Positions 1 through 7,685 of a stretch of DNA of 64,000 nt are shown one piece after another; position 1 is the first letter of the stretch; each line of letters begins with the position of its first letter. The position numbers and the translations under genes are program-made. Source of the DNA: an uncultured bacterium (GTDB taxonomy: Bacteria; Krumholzibacteriota; Krumholzibacteriia; Krumholzibacteriales; Krumholzibacteriaceae); assembly GCA_963813815.1 (NCBI GenBank), contig CAWFAD010000009.1:6851-70850 (forward strand), given 5' to 3'. The notes beneath the pieces are model-generated. The model saw nothing but the letters and a program-made list of their open reading frames with translations, was not told where the DNA came from and searched no databases.

Positions 1-1989
1 CACGAGCATCGTCGACATTCACCCGGACGGCGCGCGAGCGCTCGTCATGAAGCACTACGAGGATCTATCGCAGCGCCCGTACGGCGAGAGCGAGGTGCAC
101 GTCGTCGACCTCGAGGACGGGAGCTCGGAGCTCATCTGGAAAGGCGGCTGGATCGACGACGTCTCGTATTCCCCGACGGGGGAACGATCCTGTTCACGGC
201 GGGCCCATCGGCCTTCGGAGAGGCCGGCGTCAAGGTCCCCGAGGGAATGACGCCGAACGAGTACGACGGGCAGCTCTACCTCTTCGACCCCGCGACGAAG
301 CGCTCGGAGCCCCTGACGAGGGATTTCGATCCCGCGGTCCGGCACGCGCACTGGTCGAAGGCGGACGGTAACATCTATATCGTCGCCGAGGACCGCTCGC
401 GCACCGGGCTCTACCGCTGCGACCCGAAAACGAAGGCCATCCGGAGCATCCGGACGCCCTTCGAGGTCTCGCCGGAGTTCGATTTCGCCCTCGATCGCCC
501 CGCGGCCGTTTTCGTCGGAAGCGGCGCCGTCGATCCTCCCCGTCTCTACGCGACCGACCTCCGGAAGGGCATCTCCCGAATGATATTCGATCCGAACGCC
601 GAGAGGTTCGCGAACGTGATCCAGGGAGACGTCGTGCCGTGGACCTTCACCGCCTCCTCCGGGAAAACGATCGACGGTCACTACTACCTGCCGCCCGGCT
701 TCGATCCCGCCGGGAAGTACCCCTGCATCGTTTACTACTACGGCGGCACCTCGCCCGTCGACCGCAGCTACGGCGGCCGCTATCCGAAAAATCTCTGGGC
801 GGCGCACGGCTACGTGGTCTACGTGCTGCAGCCGAGCGGAGCGACGGGCTACGGACAGGAGTTTTCCGCGTACCACGTGAACGACTGGGGCGCCGTCGCC
901 GCCGGCGAGGTCATCGAGGGCGCGAAGAAGTTCGTCGAAGCGCATCCGTGGGTCGACGGGACGCGGCTCGGCTGCATCGGCGCTTCCTTCGGGGGATTCA
1001 TGACCCAGCTCGTCATCACCCGGACGGACCTCTTCGCCGCCGCGGTCTCGCACGCGGGAATCAGCTTCATCGGAAGCTACTGGGGCGAGGGGTACTGGGG
1101 CTACTCGTACAACGCCGTCGCAGCCGCGGGCAGCTTCCCCTGGAACCGGCGTGACATCTACGTCGACCGAAGCCCCCTCTTCAACGCCGACAAGGTCACG
1201 ACCCCGCTCCTCCTCACCCACGGCACCGCGGACACGAACGTCCCGCCGGGGGAGAGCGAGCAGATGTTCACGGCCCTCAAGCTCCTCGGGAAGACGGTCG
1301 AGTACCTGCGGGTGGAGGGGCAGAATCACTTCGTGCTGGAGCGCCCCAAGCGCGAGCTCTGGTCGAAATCGATCATCGCGTGGTTCGACCGGTTCCTCAA
1401 GAACGAGCCGGAGTGGTGGCACGAGCTCTACCCGTCCGGCAAGGCCGAGGGCTCGCCCGGCGGCGAGGCCCCCGGCGCGGCCAAGAGGGAGCCCGCGGCG
1501 CCCCCGGCCCCCCTCGGCCCCACGGTCATCGAAAAGACGGACGGCTCGAAGGTCGTCCTCGGCGAGGTCGCGCGCCGGGATATCGCCGACAACCTCGCCG
1601 GCTGGGATGCGGAGTACTTCGACTACCGCCCGGACGAATCGCTCCTCGGCGAGATCGCCGGCCGGCTCGGCGGAATCGAGATAACCGTCGTTCTCGGCAC
1701 CTGGTGCGGCGACTCGCGCCGGGAGGTGCCCCGATTCTGGAAGATCGCGGACGCCGTCGGGCTGGATCCCTCGGCGCTCCGGATGTTCGCCGTCGAAAGC
1801 TCGCGCGCCAAACCCGACTCCATCCTCACGCAACCCCTCCTCGACTGGTCCCAGAGCGTTCGGGCATGGTACGGCGTCAAGGCGGTGGAGAGCATCATCG
1901 TGTTTCGGGGCGGCCGGGAGATCGGCCGGATAGTCGAGGCTCCGGCGGTGTCGATCGAGGCGGATTTGCTCGAAATATTGAAAAAATAG
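1..1989 (+). CDS. S9-family serine peptidase (prolyl oligopeptidase / acylaminoacyl-peptidase-like: beta-propeller + alpha/beta hydrolase) fused to a C-terminal thioredoxin-like domain; 5'-partial; apparent frameshift in a C4/G5 run at ~171-182
   Basis: PD40-like SPDG repeats; catalytic triad motifs GASFGGF (Ser), HGTADTNVP (Asp), GQNHF (His); linker SGKAEGSPGGEAPGAAKREPAAPP; C-terminal ~150 aa Trx-like fold with WCGDS (monothiol CxxS). The ORF 47-250 is the same gene in another frame (frameshift). Confidence 0.8.
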   Translation, partial: HEHRRHSPGRRASARHEALRGSIAAPVRRERGARRRPRGRELGAHLERRLDRRRLVFPDGGTILFTAGPSAFGEAGVKVPEGMTPNEYDGQLYLFDPATKRSEPLTRDFDPAVRHAHWSKADGNIYIVAEDRSRTGLYRCDPKTKAIRSIRTPFEVSPEFDFALDRPAAVFVGSGAVDPPRLYATDLRKGISRMIFDPNAERFANVIQGDVVPWTFTASSGKTIDGHYYLPPGFDPAGKYPCIVYYYGGTSPVDRSYGGRYPKNLWAAHGYVVYVLQPSGATGYGQEFSAYHVNDWGAVAAGEVIEGAKKFVEAHPWVDGTRLGCIGASFGGFMTQLVITRTDLFAAAVSHAGISFIGSYWGEGYWGYSYNAVAAAGSFPWNRRDIYVDRSPLFNADKVTTPLLLTHGTADTNVPPGESEQMFTALKLLGKTVEYLRVEGQNHFVLERPKRELWSKSIIAWFDRFLKNEPEWWHELYPSGKAEGSPGGEAPGAAKREPAAPPAPLGPTVIEKTDGSKVVLGEVARRDIADNLAGWDAEYFDYRPDESLLGEIAGRLGGIEITVVLGTWCGDSRREVPRFWKIADAVGLDPSALRMFAVESSRAKPDSILTQPLLDWSQSVRAWYGVKAVESIIVFRGGREIGRIVEAPAVSIEADLLEILKK

Positions 1990-2347
1990 CCCCCCCGGGA
2001 GGGGTGGGCCGGACCCCAAAAATATTGCTGGCATAAAAAAGGGTTTGCACGTATACTCATAACATACCGTTCTTGTCTGTGGAGGGCTTGCAAGAAAGAA
2101 AGTTACGGTTTCCAAGATCGCGTGATGCACAAGACCTATCGAGACGCTTCGCTCCTGCCTATCTAACTCACCGGGACATGCTTCTTCGATACTTCTCTTG
2201 TGATATCCATGCATCCCGCGCCGAATCCACAGCGCGGACGGCGACGGAGGAAACCGAACGAAGGGAGTGATGATCGTATTCGGCCTTAAGACTCGCAGTT
2301 TATCGTAGTTCGTTTGGTACCTATGTTCGCGAAAGGACTCTCTTCGT

Positions 2348-2698
2348 ATGGCTAAGAAGATTTACGTCGGCAACTTGTCATTCAATACGACGGACGATGA
2401 CCTCTCCAAGCTTTTCCAGCCGTTCGGCCAGGTAAGCTCGGCCCGCGTCATCACCGACAAGTTCACGAACCGCTCCCGCGGCTTCGGCTTCGTCGAGATG
2501 GATAACAGCGAGGAGGCCGACAAGGCCATCGCCGAGCTCAACGGCAAGAGCGTCGACGGACGCGCCCTCAAGGTCAACGAGGCGCAGCCGCGCGAGGACA
2601 AGCCGAGAGGCGGCGGCGGCGGCGGCTTCGGTGGCGGTGGAGGCTTCGGCGGCGGCGGCGGCGGCGGACGGAGAGGCGGCGGACGCGACCGCTTCTAA
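2348..2698 (+). CDS. RRM-type RNA-binding protein with Gly-rich C-terminal tail (Rbp / cold-shock-like glycine-rich RNA-binding protein), copy 1
   Basis: RNP-2 IYVGNL and RNP-1 RGFGFVEM motifs; GGGFGGGG tail ending RRGGGRDRF; RBS AAGGA upstream within conserved GCGAAAGGACTC motif. Confidence 0.9.
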   Translation: MAKKIYVGNLSFNTTDDDLSKLFQPFGQVSSARVITDKFTNRSRGFGFVEMDNSEEADKAIAELNGKSVDGRALKVNEAQPREDKPRGGGGGGFGGGGGFGGGGGGGRRGGGRDRF

Positions 2699-2797
2699 TC
2701 CGGTTCGGCGTTGCAAATAGATTTGGACTGAAAGGGCCCGGGAGCCTTATCCGGGCGCCGGGCCTAGTATTGCAGGAAGCGAAAGGATTCCGTGACC

Positions 2798-3229
2798 ATG
2801 GCCAAGAAGATCTATGTTGGCAACCTGTCGTTCAATACGACGGACGATGACCTCTCCAAGCTTTTCCAGCCGTTCGGCCAGGTGAGCTCGGCCCGCGTCA
2901 TCACCGACAAGTTCACGAACCGCTCCCGCGGTTTCGGATTCGTCGAAATGGATAAAAATGAAGAGGCCGACAAGGCCATCGCCGAGCTCAACGGCAAGAG
3001 CTCCGACGGACGGGCTCTCAAGGTGAGCGAAGCGCAGCCGCGCGAGGACAAGCCGAGAGGCGGCGGCGGCTTCGGTGGCGGTGGAGGTGGAGGCTTCGGT
3101 GGCGGTGGAGGATTCGGGGCGGCGGCGGCGGCGGACGGAGAGGCGGCGGACGCGACCGCTTCTAGGGCGCGCAACGGCGTCCTTTTTGAAATAGAAACGT
3201 TTTCAGCAGTCAGCGAAAGGACTCGATAG
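2798..3229 (+). CDS. RRM-type Gly-rich RNA-binding protein, copy 2; C-terminus frameshifted inside the GGC repeat (expected stop TAG at 3163-3165)
   Basis: 91% identical to copy 1 over the RRM; after GGGGFGGGGGFG the reading frame slips (GAAAAADGEAAD...) instead of RRGGGRDRF*. Confidence 0.8.
   Translation: MAKKIYVGNLSFNTTDDDLSKLFQPFGQVSSARVITDKFTNRSRGFGFVEMDKNEEADKAIAELNGKSSDGRALKVSEAQPREDKPRGGGGFGGGGGGGFGGGGGFGAAAAADGEAADATASRARNGVLFEIETFSAVSERTR
3052..3150 (+). repeat. GGC/GGT trinucleotide (poly-Gly coding) repeat tract; equivalent tracts at 2608-2690 and 3490-3600
   Basis: Runs of ggcggcggcggc / ggtggcggtgga visible in all three rbp copies; slippage-prone. Confidence 0.8.
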
Positions 3230-3231
3230 TA

Positions 3232-3615
3232 ATGGCAAAGAAGATTTACGTGGGCAACCTCTCGTTCAACACGACCGACGATCAGCTGAACCAGCTGTTT
3301 GCTCCGTACGGTCAGATCACCTCCGCCCGGGTCGTGATGGACAACTTCACGAGCCGCTCGAAGGGCTTCGGCTTCGTCGAGATGGAAAAGCCGGAAGAGG
3401 CCGACAAGGCCATCGCCGAGCTCAACGGCAAAGAGGTCGAGGGCCGGGCCCTCAAGGTGAGCGAAGCTCGTCCCCGCGAGGATAGGCCGAGAAGCGGCGG
3501 CAACCGCTTCGGCGGCAGCGGCGGTAGCGGCGGCGGCGGCGGCTTCGGTGGCGGTGGAGGCTTCGGCGGCGGCGGCGGCGGCGGACGGAGAGGCGGCGGA
3601 CGCGACCGCTTCTAG
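3232..3615 (+). CDS. RRM-type Gly-rich RNA-binding protein, copy 3
   Basis: IYVGNLSFNTTDDQL, KGFGFVEM, Gly-rich tail ending RRGGGRDRF*; same GCGAAAGGACTC leader motif at 3212-3224. Confidence 0.9.
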   Translation: MAKKIYVGNLSFNTTDDQLNQLFAPYGQITSARVVMDNFTSRSKGFGFVEMEKPEEADKAIAELNGKEVEGRALKVSEARPREDRPRSGGNRFGGSGGSGGGGGFGGGGGFGGGGGGGRRGGGRDRF

Positions 3616-3644
3616 CACGACGCCTGTCGACGGTTGAATACCGA

Positions 3645-3680
3645 GGGCGCGGGGATTTCGTTCCCCGCGCCCTTTCTTTT
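3645..3680 (+). terminator. Rho-independent terminator of the rbp array
   Basis: GGGCGCGGGGA-tttcgt-TCCCCGCGCCC stem followed by TTTCTTTT. Confidence 0.7.
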
Positions 3681-3694
3681 CGCCTTCGCCGCGC

Positions 3695-3730
3695 AAAAAA
3701 AAGGCCCCGCGGCTTTCGCCGCGAGGCCTT
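3695..3730 (-). terminator. Rho-independent terminator downstream of tRNA-Asp (minus strand)
   Basis: On the minus strand: AAGGCCTCGCGGC-gaaa-GCCGCGGGGCC followed by T8. Confidence 0.6.
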
Positions 3731-3736
3731 CGAGTC

Positions 3737-3816
3737 TGGCGGGGCCGACGAGATTCGAACTCGCGACCTCCTGCGTGACAGGCAGGCGTTCTAACCAAAC
3801 TGAACTACGACCCCGC
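3737..3816 (-). tRNA. tRNA-Asp: tRNA-Asp (anticodon GTC), CCA encoded
   Basis: The reverse complement reads GCGGGGTCGTAGTTCAGTTTGGTTAGAACGCCTGCCTGTCACGCAGGAGGTCGCGAGTTCGAATCTCGTCGGCCCCGCCA; cloverleaf with anticodon loop CTGTCAC and T-loop GGTTCGAATC. Confidence 0.9.
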
Positions 3817-3889
3817 TGATACGATCATTGTACGAGCAAGCGGCGGGCCGGAAAACGAAAAAAGCCGACACCCTCCGCCAGCTTAATCA

Positions 3890-3918
3890 TTTATAACAGA
3901 CAAAAAAGGGCCTGTCAA
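3890..3918 (-). promoter_or_regulatory. Sigma-70-like promoter for tRNA-Asp (minus strand): TTGACA-N17-TATAAA
   Basis: Reverse complement of 3890-3918 is TTGACAggcccttttttgtctgtTATAAA; the -35 lies 5 nt beyond the nagZ stop. Confidence 0.55.
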
Positions 3919-3921
3919 TCG

Positions 3922-5427
3922 CTATTTGGCGATCTCAACGCCGAGCAGATCGGCGGCCGCGTCGTAGAGGCCGTAGGTGACGACCGCCCGGGCACCCGGC
4001 GGCAGGAGATCGGCCGCGTAGGGCCACCCGGCGACGACGACGAGGCGGGCGCCGGCCGAAAGGCGCGCGATCGTCTCTCCGTCGAGGGGCCGGCGGTTGA
4101 GAAAGAACACTGCGTCGGCCGGCGCTTCGGGTCCGGCCGCGCCGGGAAAGACGCGGGATTCGAGGCCGGGAGGGGCGCCGGCGGCCTCTCCCTCCCGCGG
4201 ACCGTCCGGGCGCTCCGCCGCGCCGAGGCTCCGGAGCGATCGCGCGATGAACCTTCTCACGGGGAATCGCTCGAACTCGCCCCGCTCGGCGTGGAACACC
4301 GCTTTGAACGCGCCCGAGGGGAAGTCCGCTCCCGCGAAATCCCCGATGAGCCGGATCGACCTTCGGGCGATCTCCCCGTAGACCGACGAGTCGCCCGGAA
4401 GCTCGAACTCCCTCTCCCTCGCCGCGGCGGCTTCGATGAGCCGCCGCACGCGCGCCGCGGATACGTCCGCCGCGCCGCTCCATTCCTCGCTCCACAGCCC
4501 TTCCGCGGGCGCGTCGGATCCGGGCGACCGAAGGGCCTCGAAAACCTCGACCGCCGGCTTCGAGAAGAGCAATACGTCGCACCCGGCCTCGAGCGAGAGC
4601 CTGCAGACCTCCGGCAGCGAGCGCGCGACGGCCCTCGCCCCCTCCATCTCGAGGGCGTCGGTCATGACGACCCCGTCGAATCCGAGCTCGCGGCGGAGCA
4701 GCCCTCCGATGATCTCGGGATCGAGAGAGGCCGGAAGCGAGCGGTCCCTCGGAGCGACATGTCCCATCATGACGCTCTCGGCGCCCGCCGCCGCTCCACG
4801 CGCGAAGGGGCGAACGTCCGATTTGCGGAGCTCGTCCACGGTGGCGGCGAGCGTAACGAACGCGAGATGCGAGTCGACGGCCGTGGCTCCGTGCCCGGGA
4901 AAATGCTTGAGACAGGTGAGGACTCCCTCCCGCCGCGCGGCGCTCACGGCCACGGCCGTGAGGTTCGAGACGAGAGAAACGTCCTCGCCGAAGCTGCGCG
5001 AGCCGATGACGGGGTTCCTGCTCTCAGAGTTGACGTCGGCGACGGGGCCGAGCAGCATGTTCACGCCGCAGGACCGCAGACGCCGGGCGTTCTCGGCGAA
5101 GAGCCGCTCGCAGAGCTCGGCCTTCCCCGTCCGCGCGGCCGCCATCTGCGTCGGCGGCACGCCGATCGCCCGCGCGAGGACCGAGATGATCCCGCCCTCG
5201 TGATCCGCGGCGATGACCGGCACCGCGCCCCGGGAGTCCCGGAAGACGCGGCGGATATCCTGCGTGAGCTCCATGAGCGCTCTGGCGCCGGCCACGTTGC
5301 GGTCGAAGAGAATCACGCCCGCGACGGGGTAGCGGGAGAGAATGGAGCGCTCCTCGTCCGTGAGCGCCGGCCCGGCGAGGCCGACGACGCAATGAGGGGC
5401 TATCGTATGCAGCGACGCATCGGTCAT
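3922..5427 (-). CDS. nagZ: beta-N-acetylhexosaminidase NagZ (glycoside hydrolase family 3)
   Basis: GH3 N-terminal domain motifs incl. KHFPGHG, GFDGVVMTDALEM; 501 aa. Confidence 0.85.
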   Translation of the reverse strand: MTDASLHTIAPHCVVGLAGPALTDEERSILSRYPVAGVILFDRNVAGARALMELTQDIRRVFRDSRGAVPVIAADHEGGIISVLARAIGVPPTQMAAARTGKAELCERLFAENARRLRSCGVNMLLGPVADVNSESRNPVIGSRSFGEDVSLVSNLTAVAVSAARREGVLTCLKHFPGHGATAVDSHLAFVTLAATVDELRKSDVRPFARGAAAGAESVMMGHVAPRDRSLPASLDPEIIGGLLRRELGFDGVVMTDALEMEGARAVARSLPEVCRLSLEAGCDVLLFSKPAVEVFEALRSPGSDAPAEGLWSEEWSGAADVSAARVRRLIEAAAAREREFELPGDSSVYGEIARRSIRLIGDFAGADFPSGAFKAVFHAERGEFERFPVRRFIARSLRSLGAAERPDGPREGEAAGAPPGLESRVFPGAAGPEAPADAVFFLNRRPLDGETIARLSAGARLVVVAGWPYAADLLPPGARAVVTYGLYDAAADLLGVEIAK

Positions 5428-5430
5428 GTA

Positions 5431-6792
5431 TCACCGGTAGAGGGCGACGATCCGCGTTCCCGGGTAATAGTGCGCGATGATCTCCTCGCCCGAGTAGCCG
5501 AGCTCGGCCATGCGTATCGCTCCCGTCTGGCACATCCCGACGCCGTGGCCGTTGCCGCCGCCGAGGAGCTCGACGGAGGCCACGCGATCGCCCATGCGCG
5601 ACACCTCGACGTTGAAGAGGGTGCTCCGGAGGATGGCGTCGGAGTCGGGATCGGGTTTCAAGACCCATCTCGTCCGGTCCCCTTGAACCGTGAAGCTTCC
5701 GCGATCGGTCGCGATCTCGATCCCCGGAACCCTGCCGTCCCGGCCGCGGCCGAGCGGGCGGAGGTCGAGAAACTTGCCGACGTTCTTCGAGGAAGAGCCG
5801 AGCTCCCGGGGGATCGTTCGCCTGAGAATGCCGCCGAGAGAAGCCGCGCTCCAATGCACCCGCCACCGGAAATGCCGCGAGCCCCGGCAGAGCGACTCGC
5901 CGGGAGCCTCGGGAACCGTGTCCCGCACGCCGTAGAGGTATGGGTACGGCGTTTTCCACGGCCAGACGACGCGGATATCGGCGGTGTGCCCGCCGCAGCA
6001 AGCGCAGTAGAAGGCGCGCGCCGGCTCGCCCAGAAAGGCGCAGACGAGCCCCCGGGTCTCTTCGACGGCGCGATTGCCGGCCTCGCTCTCGCCCGAGACG
6101 CCTTTGTACACCTGATCCATCACCGTCGCGTTGAGATCGTAGAGCTCGCCGCTCTTTTCGCCGAGCTTGCTCAGGGCGTACGACCGGGCCGCGATCGCCT
6201 GCGCGCGGAACGCCTGATACTGCTCTTCCTTGAGATACCCGATCTCCGAGGGAAGCACGCCCTTGAGATACGCGTCTATGTCGAGGACGTTGATCGCCGC
6301 GACCCCCTTCTTCGACGCGACGAAGAGAATCTCTCCGCGATACATCTCGCCGTTGAGGGAAGAGACGTCGTTTCCTTCGGGGACGACGCGCAGCCGCCGG
6401 GCGGAGGCGATCCTGCGCCGCCCGTCGGAGAGCGCCACTTCGCCGTCCGCGAGGCGAACGGAGAGATCGCCCCCCCGCTCCGCGCGGACCGCGCTCCCGC
6501 CGGGAGAGTCGAGAACGGCCTCGTATGCCCCGGGAAGGTGAAGCCGAAGCGGGCCCCGGCCTTCGAGAACGAGAACACGCACGAGAGGAGGCCGTTCGAG
6601 GAGCGCCACTCCCTCGGGCTCCGGCGGCTCGATGACGACGGGAACCGCGATTTCCGCCGGAGGCGGCGCGGCGTCCGGCGCCTCGAGGGCGTCCGCCGGC
6701 GCATGGGCGGCCGGGCGCCTCTCGGCGCAGCCGGCCGCGAGCAGCGCGCATAAAAAGAACGCCGGCGCGAGACGGCGATCAAACGGTTTCAT
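5431..6792 (-). CDS. SpoIID/LytB-domain lipoprotein (amidase-enhancer / lytic transglycosylase-like)
   Basis: Lipobox LLAAGC; SpoIID-like core YQAFRAQAIAARSYAL ... GNGHGVGMCQTGA; stop overlaps nagZ start by 4 nt. Confidence 0.8.
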   Translation of the reverse strand: MKPFDRRLAPAFFLCALLAAGCAERRPAAHAPADALEAPDAAPPPAEIAVPVVIEPPEPEGVALLERPPLVRVLVLEGRGPLRLHLPGAYEAVLDSPGGSAVRAERGGDLSVRLADGEVALSDGRRRIASARRLRVVPEGNDVSSLNGEMYRGEILFVASKKGVAAINVLDIDAYLKGVLPSEIGYLKEEQYQAFRAQAIAARSYALSKLGEKSGELYDLNATVMDQVYKGVSGESEAGNRAVEETRGLVCAFLGEPARAFYCACCGGHTADIRVVWPWKTPYPYLYGVRDTVPEAPGESLCRGSRHFRWRVHWSAASLGGILRRTIPRELGSSSKNVGKFLDLRPLGRGRDGRVPGIEIATDRGSFTVQGDRTRWVLKPDPDSDAILRSTLFNVEVSRMGDRVASVELLGGGNGHGVGMCQTGAIRMAELGYSGEEIIAHYYPGTRIVALYR

Positions 6793-6850
6793 ACGCCCAT
6801 TTCCCGGAAATCATCGCTCCCCCGGCGAGCGTCGGCGCTCCGGCGCGCCC

Positions 6851-7561
6851 TCACCGCGGAAAGAAGAACTCCCCGCAGAGACACGACCTGCCGTCCGCGA
6901 CCGGGGAACGAAGCGTTTTGGCGGCGGAGGCTTTCCCGGCGCCCTTCTTCGCCGCGGCGGAGGGGGCGCGGCCGATGATCGTTCCATCGCTGAAAATCGC
7001 CTCGTTCGTGAGAAGCGCCACGGTGACAGCCTCCCGCGCCTCGTCCCCGACGGCGAATCGCTCGATCATCCCGCTCACGATCCCCTTGAGAAGCGGCTCC
7101 CGCACGGCGAGAAAGTCGCCGGCCGGGTCGTCCGTGCCGATGCGGAAGCGGCTCGCCACGACGCGGTCGGTCATTTCGCTCAGGCCCGCCGGATCCTCCG
7201 GGAACGCGTGCGGGCCTATCTCGAGACACTTGAGACCGATGATATCGATCTCCTCCCCCGCGGCGTCCGCGACGGCGAGCACCTCGTCGTAGAGCTTCGT
7301 AAGGTCGTGGAGGACGAGGAAGTTGATGCCGGCGAGCTCGTCCGAGCTGAACTTCTCCTTGCGCTCGAGAGCCCCGAGAGCGGCCTGGAGGTCGCGGTTC
7401 ACCCCGCGCGATTCGAAGCCGAGAACGGCGAGCACCGTTTCGTCCCCGCTGCCCGATACCTCGACGAGAACCGCGCCGAGCTTCCCCGGCGCGCTCCCCG
7501 TCTCCATGCCGATGATGAGCCGCTTCTCTTTCTTCCTGAGAGCATCGAGACGTTTTTTCAA
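6851..7561 (-). CDS. ASKHA-fold (sugar-kinase/actin-like) protein resembling the N-terminal part of anhydro-N-acetylmuramic acid kinase (AnmK); only ~237 aa; TTG start with GGAGG RBS
   Basis: GMETGSAPGKLGAVLVEV resembles the AnmK G(V)MSGTSLDGxDxALxEI phosphate-1 motif; EIDIIGLKCLEIGPH resembles DIVAIGCHGQTVWHEP; the conserved GGxGAPL region is lacking. Adjacent to nagZ/spoIID. Low certainty. Confidence 0.35.
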   Translation of the reverse strand: MKKRLDALRKKEKRLIIGMETGSAPGKLGAVLVEVSGSGDETVLAVLGFESRGVNRDLQAALGALERKEKFSSDELAGINFLVLHDLTKLYDEVLAVADAAGEEIDIIGLKCLEIGPHAFPEDPAGLSEMTDRVVASRFRIGTDDPAGDFLAVREPLLKGIVSGMIERFAVGDEAREAVTVALLTNEAIFSDGTIIGRAPSAAAKKGAGKASAAKTLRSPVADGRSCLCGEFFFPR

Positions 7562-7685
7562 CGAATACCTCCGGCTGATCCCGGGGTCGCTGACCGGAGC
7601 GCCCTTCGCCCCGCGGCGAAACGGGCGCTTCCGCTCGAGGCGATTGTACGGAAGGCCATCGGAGGAGGTAAAGATATTTTTACGG

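Noticed and set aside
2073-2270. 65-aa ORF inside the AT-rich leader upstream of rbp1
   Set aside because: No RBS and no homology. The region is more likely a non-coding leader or small RNA.
2600-3610. Repetitive GGC/GGT tracts considered as a possible CRISPR or tandem-repeat locus
   Set aside because: They are in-frame poly-Gly coding repeats of the rbp genes. There are no regular spacer-repeat units and no cas genes, and no CRISPR array is present anywhere in the window.
3634-3819. 61-aa + strand ORF
   Set aside because: Overlaps the terminator pair and tRNA-Asp on the opposite strand.
4291-6753. 820-aa + strand ORF and 575-aa - strand ORF overlapping nagZ/spoIID
   Set aside because: Arg-rich junk translations; the real genes are nagZ and the SpoIID-like gene in other frames.
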